A program made the translations under genes and the position numbers. A stretch of 32,000 bases of DNA from Vibrio alginolyticus NBRC 15630 = ATCC 17749 (GTDB lineage: Bacteria; Pseudomonadota; Gammaproteobacteria; Enterobacterales; Vibrionaceae), in assembly GCF_000354175.2 (NCBI RefSeq), contig NC_022359.1, positions 630,001-662,000 on the forward strand, in the 5' to 3' direction. Below are positions 16,132 to 24,744 of the stretch, in pieces. Under the pieces are notes generated by a model. It saw nothing but the letters and a program-made list of their open reading frames with translations. It had not been told where the DNA came from and did no database searches. Position 1 is the stretch's first letter; the number at the start of each line of letters is the position of its first letter.

Positions 16132-17058
16132 TTAGCTTTTAGCTTGCTCGCCTTTTAATATTTGTTCGAAAGTGACCTTGGTGTTGTCTAGCCATTCATA
16201 ACGGCGACGATACATCGAACGCTTAGAGCGCGACATGCCTTCGATATCTCGACGGGGTGCATTTACATCAATTGAGTAAAAATGACGATTGTATTCGGTG
16301 CCGCCCAATTCTTGCCAGAGTGCATCGTAATCCGTTTTGATTCGCCCTTTGCTGTAGCGCTTAGCTGCGTAAGTATGGGACTGCGTTTTCACTGCTAGAA
16401 TCGTGTTCACTTCCCAAATTTGTGCGAGCAAAGTGAGCAAGCTCACCATCAAGCTTTTTGGTCTCTGTCCGTAAAGCTTACGAGTTAGCTTTTTAATTTT
16501 CGCGTTGTTTTCTTCACTGCTTCGCGGTCCTTGTAAGCCGCCAATCATAATGCTGCGTCCAGATTCGATGTGACCGAGCGTAAAAGAGAGCGTGTAGAAG
16601 TTGCCATCTTCAGCGCTGTGCAGCACTAGGCTCATATCGCCTTCTTTTTGATAACGTGCTTCGTATACTAATCTCACCGAGTACAGGATTTCGTCAATTT
16701 CAAAAGAGGCTAATGTTAGGCCTTTCGAGTCTGTGTAGATTTCTTCGATTGTTTGTTTAGAAAACAGTTCTGAAATAGTTTTATAGTGATCAACTACCAA
16801 GTTAGAACGATCGAACGCTGAGTTGTTTTTGATGATATACGGACGAAACGGTTTCTCTAAAAACCGATGCGTACGTGTACAAAGCAACTCTAACAATGAC
16901 GATTCAATATTGTCTGAAAGGTGCTTAAATGCACGTTTGTAATAAAGCGCACGTAAGATGAACTTAGCTCTGTAGGTCCAAATTGGCTTGTAGACATCAG
17001 CATAATCATCTGAGTAAATCGATTTGCTATGGTAAAAAATGGATTTGTTCGCGGTCAT
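16132..17058 (-). CDS. VirK/YbjX (DUF535) family protein
   Basis: The C-terminal half carries the pattern I associate with DUF535: IGGLQGP...LYGQRPKSLMVSLLTLLAQ...HTYAAKRY...DYDALWQELGG. The ORF track start of 17064 is GTG. The ATG at 17058, 5 nt after GGAG, is preferred. Confidence 0.72.
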   Translation of the reverse strand: MTANKSIFYHSKSIYSDDYADVYKPIWTYRAKFILRALYYKRAFKHLSDNIESSLLELLCTRTHRFLEKPFRPYIIKNNSAFDRSNLVVDHYKTISELFSKQTIEEIYTDSKGLTLASFEIDEILYSVRLVYEARYQKEGDMSLVLHSAEDGNFYTLSFTLGHIESGRSIMIGGLQGPRSSEENNAKIKKLTRKLYGQRPKSLMVSLLTLLAQIWEVNTILAVKTQSHTYAAKRYSKGRIKTDYDALWQELGGTEYNRHFYSIDVNAPRRDIEGMSRSKRSMYRRRYEWLDNTKVTFEQILKGEQAKS

Positions 17059-17354
17059 TTTCACTCCAGATTAACTTGTGCTCAATAGCGACAATTAAGA
17101 ACCGACGGACGAGCAGCGAAGAACCCGAAAAGGAGGAATGCAAAGCACGACTGAAAAGAGGTGGTTTTTGCTGTGTCCGACGTTTGTGTAAGGTTTTGAA
17201 CACTGTTCTTTTGCTGAAATTCTAAGAGAAAATTGACCTTAGGTATTGTATGGTTTGGTAAGGAAGTGTCAGGTTGAAACCCATTGTTCAAAAGAAAGAA
17301 AATGCGAATGTCGGCTGAATATGACGTTGAGTTGCTAAGTTAATGTGAAATAAG

Positions 17355-17393
17355 TTGAACGAAAATTGAACATTATTTGAAATTGTTTTGACG
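17355..17393 (+). repeat. Four phased hexamer direct repeats, a candidate binding array for a winged-helix response regulator
   Basis: TTGAAC (17355), TTGAAC (17366), TTGAAA (17377) and TTGACG (17388) are spaced exactly 11 bp apart. They lie 78-116 bp upstream of the 17471 gene. Confidence 0.5.
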
Positions 17394-17470
17394 TGTTTTA
17401 GGTCTTTATACGTACCTTATAAGTATCGAGCCAATTTTGGCCCGATGTAAAGGTAAGTAAGGAGAGGTTT

Positions 17471-17830
17471 ATGAAACGCTTAACAACTTTAGCAAGTACG
17501 ATTGCTCTGATTGCTGCACCTTCTATGGCTCTTGCTGGTGGTTATCAGTGGACAAACGATACCGAAACTATCCATGGCGACGTAATGGATAGCAAACAAG
17601 CGGCTTATGAAATGGGCCGAGACATGATCCAAAGCTACCAAAATAAATCATCTGGACAACTCCGTGATGAGTTTACGAGCCTTACAACGTATGTTGATCG
17701 CCAATCGTTTTCTATCACTGACTCAAAAGTCATGGTAAATGAGTTCTTGCAAAGTGACGGGCAAGTTGTTTACCAGCCTATTCTCAATGTTCAATACGAG
17801 TACCGCATGCGTGATACCGGTAAATACTAA
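17471..17830 (+). CDS. Small secreted protein of unknown function (resembles the Vibrio DUF3316 family; tentative)
   Basis: Strong Shine-Dalgarno sequence (TAAGGAGAGG), signal peptide MKRLTTLASTIALIAAPSMALA, and a terminator downstream. Confidence 0.75.
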   Translation: MKRLTTLASTIALIAAPSMALAGGYQWTNDTETIHGDVMDSKQAAYEMGRDMIQSYQNKSSGQLRDEFTSLTTYVDRQSFSITDSKVMVNEFLQSDGQVVYQPILNVQYEYRMRDTGKY

Positions 17831-17883
17831 CCAGTAAGACGGACTTGAATTGTTTACTACTAATATTTTTTGCTGTTTGTTTT

Positions 17884-17911
17884 GGGGAGCCACGAGCTCC
17901 CCATTTTGTTT
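17884..17911 (+). terminator. Rho-independent terminator
   Basis: ggggagc-cacga-gctcccc followed by attttgttttt. Confidence 0.75.
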
Positions 17912-18049
17912 TTGTCGAAAGCGAAAATTTTCACACTCTCAGTGCAACATTTTCTATCGCTCAGCGTTAGATTTTCTTGCTCGTTGATTGTCATCATCGT
18001 TTGTAAAGTGTTTGCGGAAATGGATGTAACGCACTAACGAGGATACCCG

Positions 18050-19450
18050 ATGACACATCATTCATATTGGTTCAAGCAGGCAATTGAAGCTGAGCAACCA
18101 GAAACGCCACAACCGTTACAGCAGAACATTAATACTGACGTTGCGATTGTTGGTGGCGGATACACCGGACTTTGGACCGCGATTATGATTAAGCAGCAAT
18201 CTCCGGCAAAACAGGTGGTTGTTATCGAAAAGGGCTTATGTGGCAGTGGTGCATCGGGCGCAAACGGCGGTTGTATGCTGACTTGGTCTACCAAGTTCCC
18301 GACATTGAAACGGTTATTCGGTGAAGAACATGCTGCTTGGTTAGTAAAAGAGTCGGAACAAGCAGTGCTAGAGATTGACGACTTTTGTCAGCAGCACAAC
18401 ATCGATGCGCAATTATCGTTAAAAGGGGTTTATTACACTGCAACCAATCCGGCTCAAACTGGGGGAATGCAGCCAGTTGTGGACGAGTTAAAGCGATTAG
18501 AAGTGAACAGTTGGCGTCGTTGCTCGGTGGAGGAACTGCGTGCCAATGCGGGATCGCCGCGCAATATAGAAGGCTTTCACTCTCCAGTTGCAGCCAGCGT
18601 TCAACCTGCTTTATTGGCGAGAGGATTAAGACGCGTCGCAATGGAGTTGGGTGTTGAAATCTATGAGAATACGCCGATGACGCGTTTAGATTATGGAAAA
18701 CCTGCCACTGTCTGTACACCTAAAGGAAATGTTCAAGCGCAGCAGGTGGTGTTGGCATTGAACGCATGGATGGTGGAGCAGTTTAAACAGTTTAAAAACA
18801 GTATCGTGGTGGTCTCTTCCGACATGGTGATCACCAAGCCGCTTGGTGACGCACTACCTCAATCTGGTTGGCAGGTAGGTTCTAGTGTGTTGGATTCTCG
18901 TATTTTTGTGCACTATTACCGAGATACGCCAGATGGCCGTTTGATGTTGGGGAAAGGCGGCAATCAGTTTTCTTTCAATAACCAAGTTGACGTAATGTTT
19001 AACAAGCCAACACGCTACCAAGGTCTACTGCGTAAGTCGTTCGATAAGTTGTTTCCTCGTTTGAGAGGCGAGGAGTTTGCTTATTCATGGACGGGGGGCT
19101 CTGATCGTTCTGCTACTGGTTTCCCTTTTTTCGGCGAGCTAGATAAACAGAGCAATATCTTTTACGGATTTGGTTATTCAGGCAATGGTGTAGCGCAGAC
19201 TCGCATGGGCGGAAAGATCCTATCTTCATTGATATTGGGAATCGATAACGAGTGGACGAACAGTGGTTTAGCCAAAGGACCGTTGGGGTGTTTCCCACCA
19301 GAACCGCTTCGCTGGACCGGGGCTATGATAGTGCGCAACGCGGTACGTCGAAAAGAGGAAGCAGAAGATAACGAGAAAACGCCGTTTATCTGGGATAAGC
19401 GGCTAGCAAAACTTGCAGGACCAGCAGGCAAAGCGGATAAGCTTGACTAA
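18050..19450 (+). CDS. FAD-dependent oxidoreductase (DAO family; PuuB / amine-oxidoreductase-like)
   Basis: N-terminal dinucleotide fold DVAIVGGGYTGLWTA. 466 aa, with a GAGGA Shine-Dalgarno sequence. Confidence 0.85.
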   Translation: MTHHSYWFKQAIEAEQPETPQPLQQNINTDVAIVGGGYTGLWTAIMIKQQSPAKQVVVIEKGLCGSGASGANGGCMLTWSTKFPTLKRLFGEEHAAWLVKESEQAVLEIDDFCQQHNIDAQLSLKGVYYTATNPAQTGGMQPVVDELKRLEVNSWRRCSVEELRANAGSPRNIEGFHSPVAASVQPALLARGLRRVAMELGVEIYENTPMTRLDYGKPATVCTPKGNVQAQQVVLALNAWMVEQFKQFKNSIVVVSSDMVITKPLGDALPQSGWQVGSSVLDSRIFVHYYRDTPDGRLMLGKGGNQFSFNNQVDVMFNKPTRYQGLLRKSFDKLFPRLRGEEFAYSWTGGSDRSATGFPFFGELDKQSNIFYGFGYSGNGVAQTRMGGKILSSLILGIDNEWTNSGLAKGPLGCFPPEPLRWTGAMIVRNAVRRKEEAEDNEKTPFIWDKRLAKLAGPAGKADKLD

Positions 19451-19563
19451 ACTGAAGACTTTAGCCACAAACGAGACAGTTTGCAGTGAAAGTCATTGGG
19501 GCGCGATGAAGCCTTGTGTTAGCCTCTGTCTTTCAAGCTCAGATTTAAAAGGTGAGTCATAAA

Positions 19564-20688
19564 ATGAAAGTATTCAGCAACTTCGATAGCGGCAGCATTC
19601 ACGTAGTGAAAGCGGACGACAAAAACGACATCCAACTCAAAATTCCTAACGACAATATGTCGGAATTCTACCAGTGGTTCCACTTCCGTCTTGAGACAGA
19701 AGCTGAGCAATCGCACACCATCAAATTGCTTGATTTGGCTAAATCGGCTTATCCAGAAGGATGGCAAGGTTACGATGTGGTTGCGTCTTACGATCGTGAA
19801 GAATGGTTCCGAGTACCGGCAGAGTTCGATGGCGACACGCTGACTTTCACTGTAATCCCTGAGCGCAGTTCAATTTACTTCGCGTACTTTGCGCCATACA
19901 CGTACGATCGCCATTTAGACTTGTTACACATGGCACAAAGCGCGCACCACTGCCAACTAGAGACGCTTGGTCATACGCTAGATGGCAATGACATGAGCTT
20001 GCTTACTTTCGGTGAGCCAGAAGAAGGCAAAAAGAAAATCTGGATGATTGCACGTCAGCACCCAGGTGAGACCATGGCGGAATGGTTCATGGAAGGTATG
20101 ATCCAACGTCTGTTAGATGAAAACGACACGGTTGCGCGTGCATTGCTTGAAAAAGCGGTGCTTTACGTCGTACCAAATATGAACCCAGACGGTGGTATTC
20201 GCGGTCACTTGCGTACCAACGCAGTAGGTGTAAACCTAAATCGTGAATGGCAAACGCCATCAATGGAAAAGAGCCCAGAAGTCTACCTTGTGCGTCAGCG
20301 CATGCTGGAAACGGGTGTTGACATGTTTTTAGATATTCATGGCGATGAAGCGATTCCGTATAACTTCGTCGCTGGCTCAGAAGGTATTCCTTCTTACGAT
20401 GAAAATCTTGCCGCTTTAGAGACATCATTTAAGCAAGCGTTACTGACTATTACGCCAGAGTTCCAAGATGAGATTGGTTACGATAAAGATGAGCCTGGTA
20501 AAGCGAATTTGACGGTCGGTTCAAATTGGGTTGCAGAGCAGTTCAAATGCTTGTCTTACACAATCGAAATGCCATTTAAAGATAACAACAATCACCCAGA
20601 TCCACTTTACGGTTGGTCTCCTGAGCGTAGTGTCTTGTTTGGACAAGATGTATTAGCTGCAACGTTAACCGTAGCGGATAAAATTTAG
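19564..20688 (+). CDS. M14 family zinc carboxypeptidase, cytosolic-carboxypeptidase-like (M14D-type) with an N-terminal beta-sandwich domain
   Basis: The zinc motif HPGET (HxxE) sits within ARQHPGETMAEWF, with a downstream DIHGDE. There is no signal peptide. The N-terminus MKVFSNFDSGSI is typical of this subgroup. The ORF track start of 19552 is an upstream GTG. Confidence 0.82.
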   Translation: MKVFSNFDSGSIHVVKADDKNDIQLKIPNDNMSEFYQWFHFRLETEAEQSHTIKLLDLAKSAYPEGWQGYDVVASYDREEWFRVPAEFDGDTLTFTVIPERSSIYFAYFAPYTYDRHLDLLHMAQSAHHCQLETLGHTLDGNDMSLLTFGEPEEGKKKIWMIARQHPGETMAEWFMEGMIQRLLDENDTVARALLEKAVLYVVPNMNPDGGIRGHLRTNAVGVNLNREWQTPSMEKSPEVYLVRQRMLETGVDMFLDIHGDEAIPYNFVAGSEGIPSYDENLAALETSFKQALLTITPEFQDEIGYDKDEPGKANLTVGSNWVAEQFKCLSYTIEMPFKDNNNHPDPLYGWSPERSVLFGQDVLAATLTVADKI

Positions 20689-20721
20689 CGCGACGAGTTA
20701 ACGCTTTTTCATTATTTCGAA

Positions 20722-20751
20722 AACAGCTCATTTTAAATGAGCTGTTTTTTT
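20722..20751 (+). terminator. Rho-independent terminator
   Basis: acagctcatt-ttaa-atgagctgt followed by ttttttt. Confidence 0.8.
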
Positions 20752-21143
20752 GTGCTCTCCATATCCACGCTCCCCTGTAAAAATTTGTTGCCATTCACAA
20801 GCTTAAATGATGATTCTTAAATTTGAGAAAGTGGCTTTTTATGGTGATTTGCGTCACAGAAAGTTGGCTTCTTTGTGATATTCTCCGCAACGAATTGACT
20901 ATGGCTAAACCAACGCAACGAACTTTATTTTTCGGTTGGGTATGCGGATGAAGCTCATGAATAGATGGTCTTGAGGTTACCTTTTTCCGTTTTACGTCAT
21001 TGGCGTTTGAATATCATTTTTGATTCTTTCCTACGCTATTTAGCTATTTCTATTCGAAGAAAAGAGAAAGTTACGGCTTCATATTTTACGGCAGTATGCT
21101 GCCGCGGTGTGTTGCTTTGTGTACAAGAAAAAGGAAAAGAATA

Positions 21144-22124
21144 ATGAAAAAAATCGCTATAGCAGTGGCTACTGTACTTGCTGGTGGTGTGATCTCAAAC
21201 GTTGCACTTGCTGACACTTACATGGGCGGTAAAGTAGGTTACAACTCTCTAAACGATGCGTGTTACCTGAACGAACCTTGTGACGACGACAGTTTTGCAG
21301 CATCTATGCACTTAGGCTACAGCTTCAACAAGTACGTTGCAGCAGAGTATGGTGTTGATTACCTTGGTGACTTCACTGCAAACTTCAAAAAGCCTGGCCT
21401 AAACACCGTTGATGGTGATCTTTGGGCGTTGACGCTTGCTCCTAAATTTAACCTACCGCTAACGGATTCTTGGAATCTATTCGCGAAAGTTGGTGCTGCA
21501 TACATGATGGCTGGTGACGAGAAAGATTTCGTACCAACTGGCTCTCTGGGTGCTGAATACCAAATCAACTACAACTGGAGCCTACGTGCTGAATACCAAC
21601 GCTACCAAGATATGTCTGATGATGTAATTGAAGACATGGATTCAGATTTCTTCGGTATCGGTTTCAACTACAAGTTTGGTTCTGAGCCAGTCGTTCAAGA
21701 AAAAGCCGTTGAAGAGGTGGTAGAAGCACGTCCTGCAACACGCATTGTAGATCACGTTTACCCTGCTCAAACAACAGCGACAGTACAATTCGACTTAGAA
21801 AGTGCAGAAGTGAAAGACGCGTCGAACCTTTCTGGTACCGTTGATTTGATGAATACTTACCCACAAGCTCAAGTTGAGATCACGGGTTACAGCGATACGA
21901 CAGGTTCTGCTGCTTACAACAAGCAACTCACAGAAAAACGTGCAAAAGCCGTTGCTGACGAGTTCCAAGCAAAAGGTATTGCGGCTGAGCGTATGACAGT
22001 GAAAGGCATGGGTGAAGCTAACCCAGTGGCAAGCAACGAGACACGTCAAGGTCGTCAAATGAACCGTCGTGTTGAAGTGGTTGTTCCTGCGTTTGAATAC
22101 CAAACAACTGAAAAAGCAGAATAA
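21144..22124 (+). CDS. OmpA family outer membrane protein (N-terminal 8-strand barrel plus C-terminal OmpA_C peptidoglycan-binding domain)
   Basis: Signal peptide MKKIAIAVATVLAGGVISNVALA from the ATG at 21144, with an AAGGAAAAG Shine-Dalgarno sequence. The C-terminal motif is GYSDTTGSAAYNKQLTEKRAKAV...NRRVEVVV. The ORF track start of 21096 adds an implausible leader. Confidence 0.92.
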   Translation: MKKIAIAVATVLAGGVISNVALADTYMGGKVGYNSLNDACYLNEPCDDDSFAASMHLGYSFNKYVAAEYGVDYLGDFTANFKKPGLNTVDGDLWALTLAPKFNLPLTDSWNLFAKVGAAYMMAGDEKDFVPTGSLGAEYQINYNWSLRAEYQRYQDMSDDVIEDMDSDFFGIGFNYKFGSEPVVQEKAVEEVVEARPATRIVDHVYPAQTTATVQFDLESAEVKDASNLSGTVDLMNTYPQAQVEITGYSDTTGSAAYNKQLTEKRAKAVADEFQAKGIAAERMTVKGMGEANPVASNETRQGRQMNRRVEVVVPAFEYQTTEKAE

Positions 22125-22150
22125 TTCCTGCTTAAGATAAAGTTCCAAAA

Positions 22151-22177
22151 GCCAGCGTGTATCACGCTGGCTTTTTT
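22151..22177 (+). terminator. Rho-independent terminator
   Basis: gccagcgtg-tat-cacgctggc-tttttt. Confidence 0.88.
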
Positions 22178-22324
22178 GATCCCGCTTAACAAACTAAGTA
22201 GTTGTGTAGAAACATAGTTATATCGGGACGCTTTGACATATGCTCAACATACGTAAACTCAGCACCTTCATCAATTTGTCATCACCAGTTCATAGCATGA
22301 CAGCCAAGTGTTTGGGAGAATGAT

Positions 22325-23194
22325 ATGCAAAGTTTACCGCCGCTCAATTTGCTCCGAGCTTTTGAAGCCACGGCGCGACTACAGAGTTTTACAAAAGCCG
22401 CAGAGGAGCTAAATGTGACTCGTGCGGCCGTCAGCCAACAGGTGAAATCGCTAGAGTCACAGCTCAATGCGACGTTATTCGAGCGTAAGGGCACTCACCT
22501 TACGCTGACCTGCTCCGCACAAGAATACTGGCCTGTGGTTAATCATGTGCTTCAAACATTATCGACCACGACGCAGCATTTATTTACTCGTCCCAAGAAT
22601 ACGCAAGTTAACTTACATGTCGCTCACAGCTTTTGCTCTCAGTGGTTAATGCCAAGATTGGCTGATTTTCAGCGACAATTCCCAGACATTTTCTTTAAAG
22701 TCTCGACAACTGCTAATACAGTTCCAAACGCCAGTGCGATTGCGGATATCGAAATTATTAACGGAGATGGAGATTGGCAAGAGCAAGAAGCCATACGATT
22801 AACCCAAGAAAACTGGATTGTTGTCGCAAGCCCCGGCTTTATGCATTTAAACCCGATAAATGACCTCTCGCAGTTAGCTAAAACGCCTAAAATCTGTACT
22901 AGTGGTTATCATGAATCTTGGCAAGAGTGGCTTTCACACCAAGGTTACCAAGGGAAGGTGAGCAAAGTCGTCGCCGAGTTTGAACACTCATTGCTTGCTA
23001 TTCATGCTGCGATTAATCAACTTGGCGTGTTGCTGGTAAGAGACTTTCTTGTTGAGGATGAGCTGCAACAGGGCGTATTAGTCCAGGCTGGAAATTGGCA
23101 TATGCCAAGTTCTGGTGCACATTATATGATGGTTCGAGCATCCAAAAAATCATACGTAAACACCTTTGCTCAATGGTTAATACAGAGTCTTTAA
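22325..23194 (+). CDS. LysR family transcriptional regulator (GcvA-like)
   Basis: The N-terminal HTH is LPPLNLLRAFEATARLQSFTKAAEELNVTRAAVSQQVKSLE, followed by a LysR substrate-binding domain. Confidence 0.9.
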   Translation: MQSLPPLNLLRAFEATARLQSFTKAAEELNVTRAAVSQQVKSLESQLNATLFERKGTHLTLTCSAQEYWPVVNHVLQTLSTTTQHLFTRPKNTQVNLHVAHSFCSQWLMPRLADFQRQFPDIFFKVSTTANTVPNASAIADIEIINGDGDWQEQEAIRLTQENWIVVASPGFMHLNPINDLSQLAKTPKICTSGYHESWQEWLSHQGYQGKVSKVVAEFEHSLLAIHAAINQLGVLLVRDFLVEDELQQGVLVQAGNWHMPSSGAHYMMVRASKKSYVNTFAQWLIQSL

Positions 23195-23262
23195 TGTTCG
23201 TTCAGCGAGTAAGTAGAGCGCATGTGTGGTTTGGCTATTATTAGCAGTAGCAAGTCATCAGT

Positions 23263-24138
23263 CTAGGACTGAGCGACATGCTTAATGACATCTAATAACC
23301 ACTGATTTACCGGAGCTTGCTGTTGAGAGCGACGACAGCTCATCACGTAGCGAACATCAAGCTCTAGCCCAGCAGGAAGCGCGATACTCCGGCAACCCTT
23401 AGGAACATGTCCACTCATCGTTATGCCAAAATGATTCGTTTGCAGAAGCACTTTTTGAATCATCGCTGGATGCTCAATTTCCACTTTAGGTGTGGTTCTA
23501 AAACCCATATGTTTGAGCCTTTCCAACACTGGGTATCGGTAGTCGTTCCATCCCGGCGTTTTAAAAAGTATAAAAGGGTATTCTTCTAGTTCTTGGGAGT
23601 TTTGAGCGGGATGATCTTGTCGAACAAAAAATACCGCTTTTCCTCGCCCTAGTTCGGTCTGAACAATTGACTGTGGCAGATCTTCATCAAAGTAATGAAT
23701 CGCAATGGCGTTTTCACCGTCAATTAATCGTTTTTTTGCTTCGCTACCCCAGCGCAAACATGAGAATTTTGCGTTTGGGGCGTACTTTAGTAACTCCAAG
23801 TAAAACTTGTCACCAAAGTACTCCCAAAACAATGTGTTAGCATAAATAGTGATTGAACCGTCAAAATGAGCTGGTGAAAAATGCTGTGGTTTGATGGAAT
23901 CAATACTGTTGATTATTTGCTCAAAATGCGCAATATTCGCTTCCACAAAAGCTGTTGGTTCAAAGCCATTTTTGGTCTGAACGAATAGCGGATCATTGAG
24001 CTGAGTTTTCATCTTTGTCAGATTTTTGCTGATTGCTCCTGACGTTTTACCGAGTGATTCTGCGACTAACCGGACGTTACGTAACTCATACATCCGTTTT
24101 AATACCAAAATATTTTGAATATCCAGATTAACGCTCAT
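23263..24138 (-). CDS. LysR family transcriptional regulator (divergent member)
   Basis: The N-terminal HTH is LRNVRLVAESLGKTSGAISKNLTKMKTQLNDPLFV. 291 aa. It is divergent from a small secreted-peptide gene. Confidence 0.82.
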   Translation of the reverse strand: MSVNLDIQNILVLKRMYELRNVRLVAESLGKTSGAISKNLTKMKTQLNDPLFVQTKNGFEPTAFVEANIAHFEQIINSIDSIKPQHFSPAHFDGSITIYANTLFWEYFGDKFYLELLKYAPNAKFSCLRWGSEAKKRLIDGENAIAIHYFDEDLPQSIVQTELGRGKAVFFVRQDHPAQNSQELEEYPFILFKTPGWNDYRYPVLERLKHMGFRTTPKVEIEHPAMIQKVLLQTNHFGITMSGHVPKGCRSIALPAGLELDVRYVMSCRRSQQQAPVNQWLLDVIKHVAQS

Positions 24139-24156
24139 ACATTGTCTCGCTTGGCT

Positions 24157-24168
24157 TTTGTCGACAAA
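24157..24168. promoter_or_regulatory. Perfect 12 bp palindrome adjacent to the LysR start; possible autoregulatory site
   Basis: TTTGTCGACAAA lies 19 bp upstream of the minus-strand LysR ATG. Confidence 0.3.
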
Positions 24169-24386
24169 TCATATCGCTGAATTTCTTAAGAAAAGACAAC
24201 GCTCGGTCAATTTAAGTTGCTGCCTTATCCCTGATTTATTGAAGGTAACGATAAGTTATTCTTGGTTACACCAGTTTATTAGCATGGATTTCCATTTGGT
24301 AAATAATGGCTTTCCTCGTATGAGCGCGTTTCTGTTGTTACAGTTTTTCCACCGAAAGAAAGTTAGAACGATAATAGAGGTGATGT

Positions 24387-24623
24387 ATGAAAAAACTAAT
24401 CGCACTTGTTTTGATGATTTGCTCAACAAACGTAGCATTTGCTGGCGATGGGTCATACACGGGCACGATTGATATGACGATGGCAACGAAAAATCAGGTT
24501 GACGTAGAGCGTGCAGATTCTCAATTGACGCTGAAGGGTCGCAATGAAATGGCCTATGGCGGTGTAACAATCCATTCGGATGCTGCAACTCAAAAAATTG
24601 AACTTCGTGGTCGACGTGATTAA
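24387..24623 (+). CDS. 78 aa secreted protein of unknown function
   Basis: Strong Shine-Dalgarno sequence (GAGGTG, 5 nt spacing), signal peptide MKKLIALVLMICSTNVAFA, and a terminator 22 nt downstream. I recognise no family. Confidence 0.68.
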   Translation: MKKLIALVLMICSTNVAFAGDGSYTGTIDMTMATKNQVDVERADSQLTLKGRNEMAYGGVTIHSDAATQKIELRGRRD

Positions 24624-24645
24624 TCGAATAGTTTCTTGTTAAGAA

Positions 24646-24668
24646 AATGCCGCGAAGAACGCGGCATT
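24646..24668. terminator. Hairpin terminator shared by the small gene (+) and sdaA (-)
   Basis: aatgccgcg-aagaa-cgcggcatt, with T-rich sequence following on both strands. Confidence 0.72.
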
Positions 24669-24744
24669 TCTATATGTAATATCATCAGATCACAATTACC
24701 AGATAAGCGTATGGTGAGAAGCTAAGCGCAATGACCACTTGCCA

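Noticed and set aside
16983-17291. ORFs 16983-17225 (+) and 17082-17291 (-) upstream of the virK-like gene
   Set aside because: They overlap each other and the virK 5' end or promoter region. They have no Shine-Dalgarno sequences and odd composition, so I treat the region as regulatory.
18050-19450. Linking the FAD oxidoreductase to the phosphonate island as a PbfC/PbfD-type N-methyl-AEP oxidase
   Set aside because: It is separated from phnR by four unrelated genes and at least three terminators, and it has no PhnR operator or Pho box upstream. Without a homology search the link is not supportable.
24158-24588. ORFs 24158-24472 (+) and 24256-24588 (-) overlapping the 78 aa secreted-peptide gene
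   Set aside because: Neither has a Shine-Dalgarno sequence or a signal peptide. The 24387-24623 frame has both, plus a terminator.
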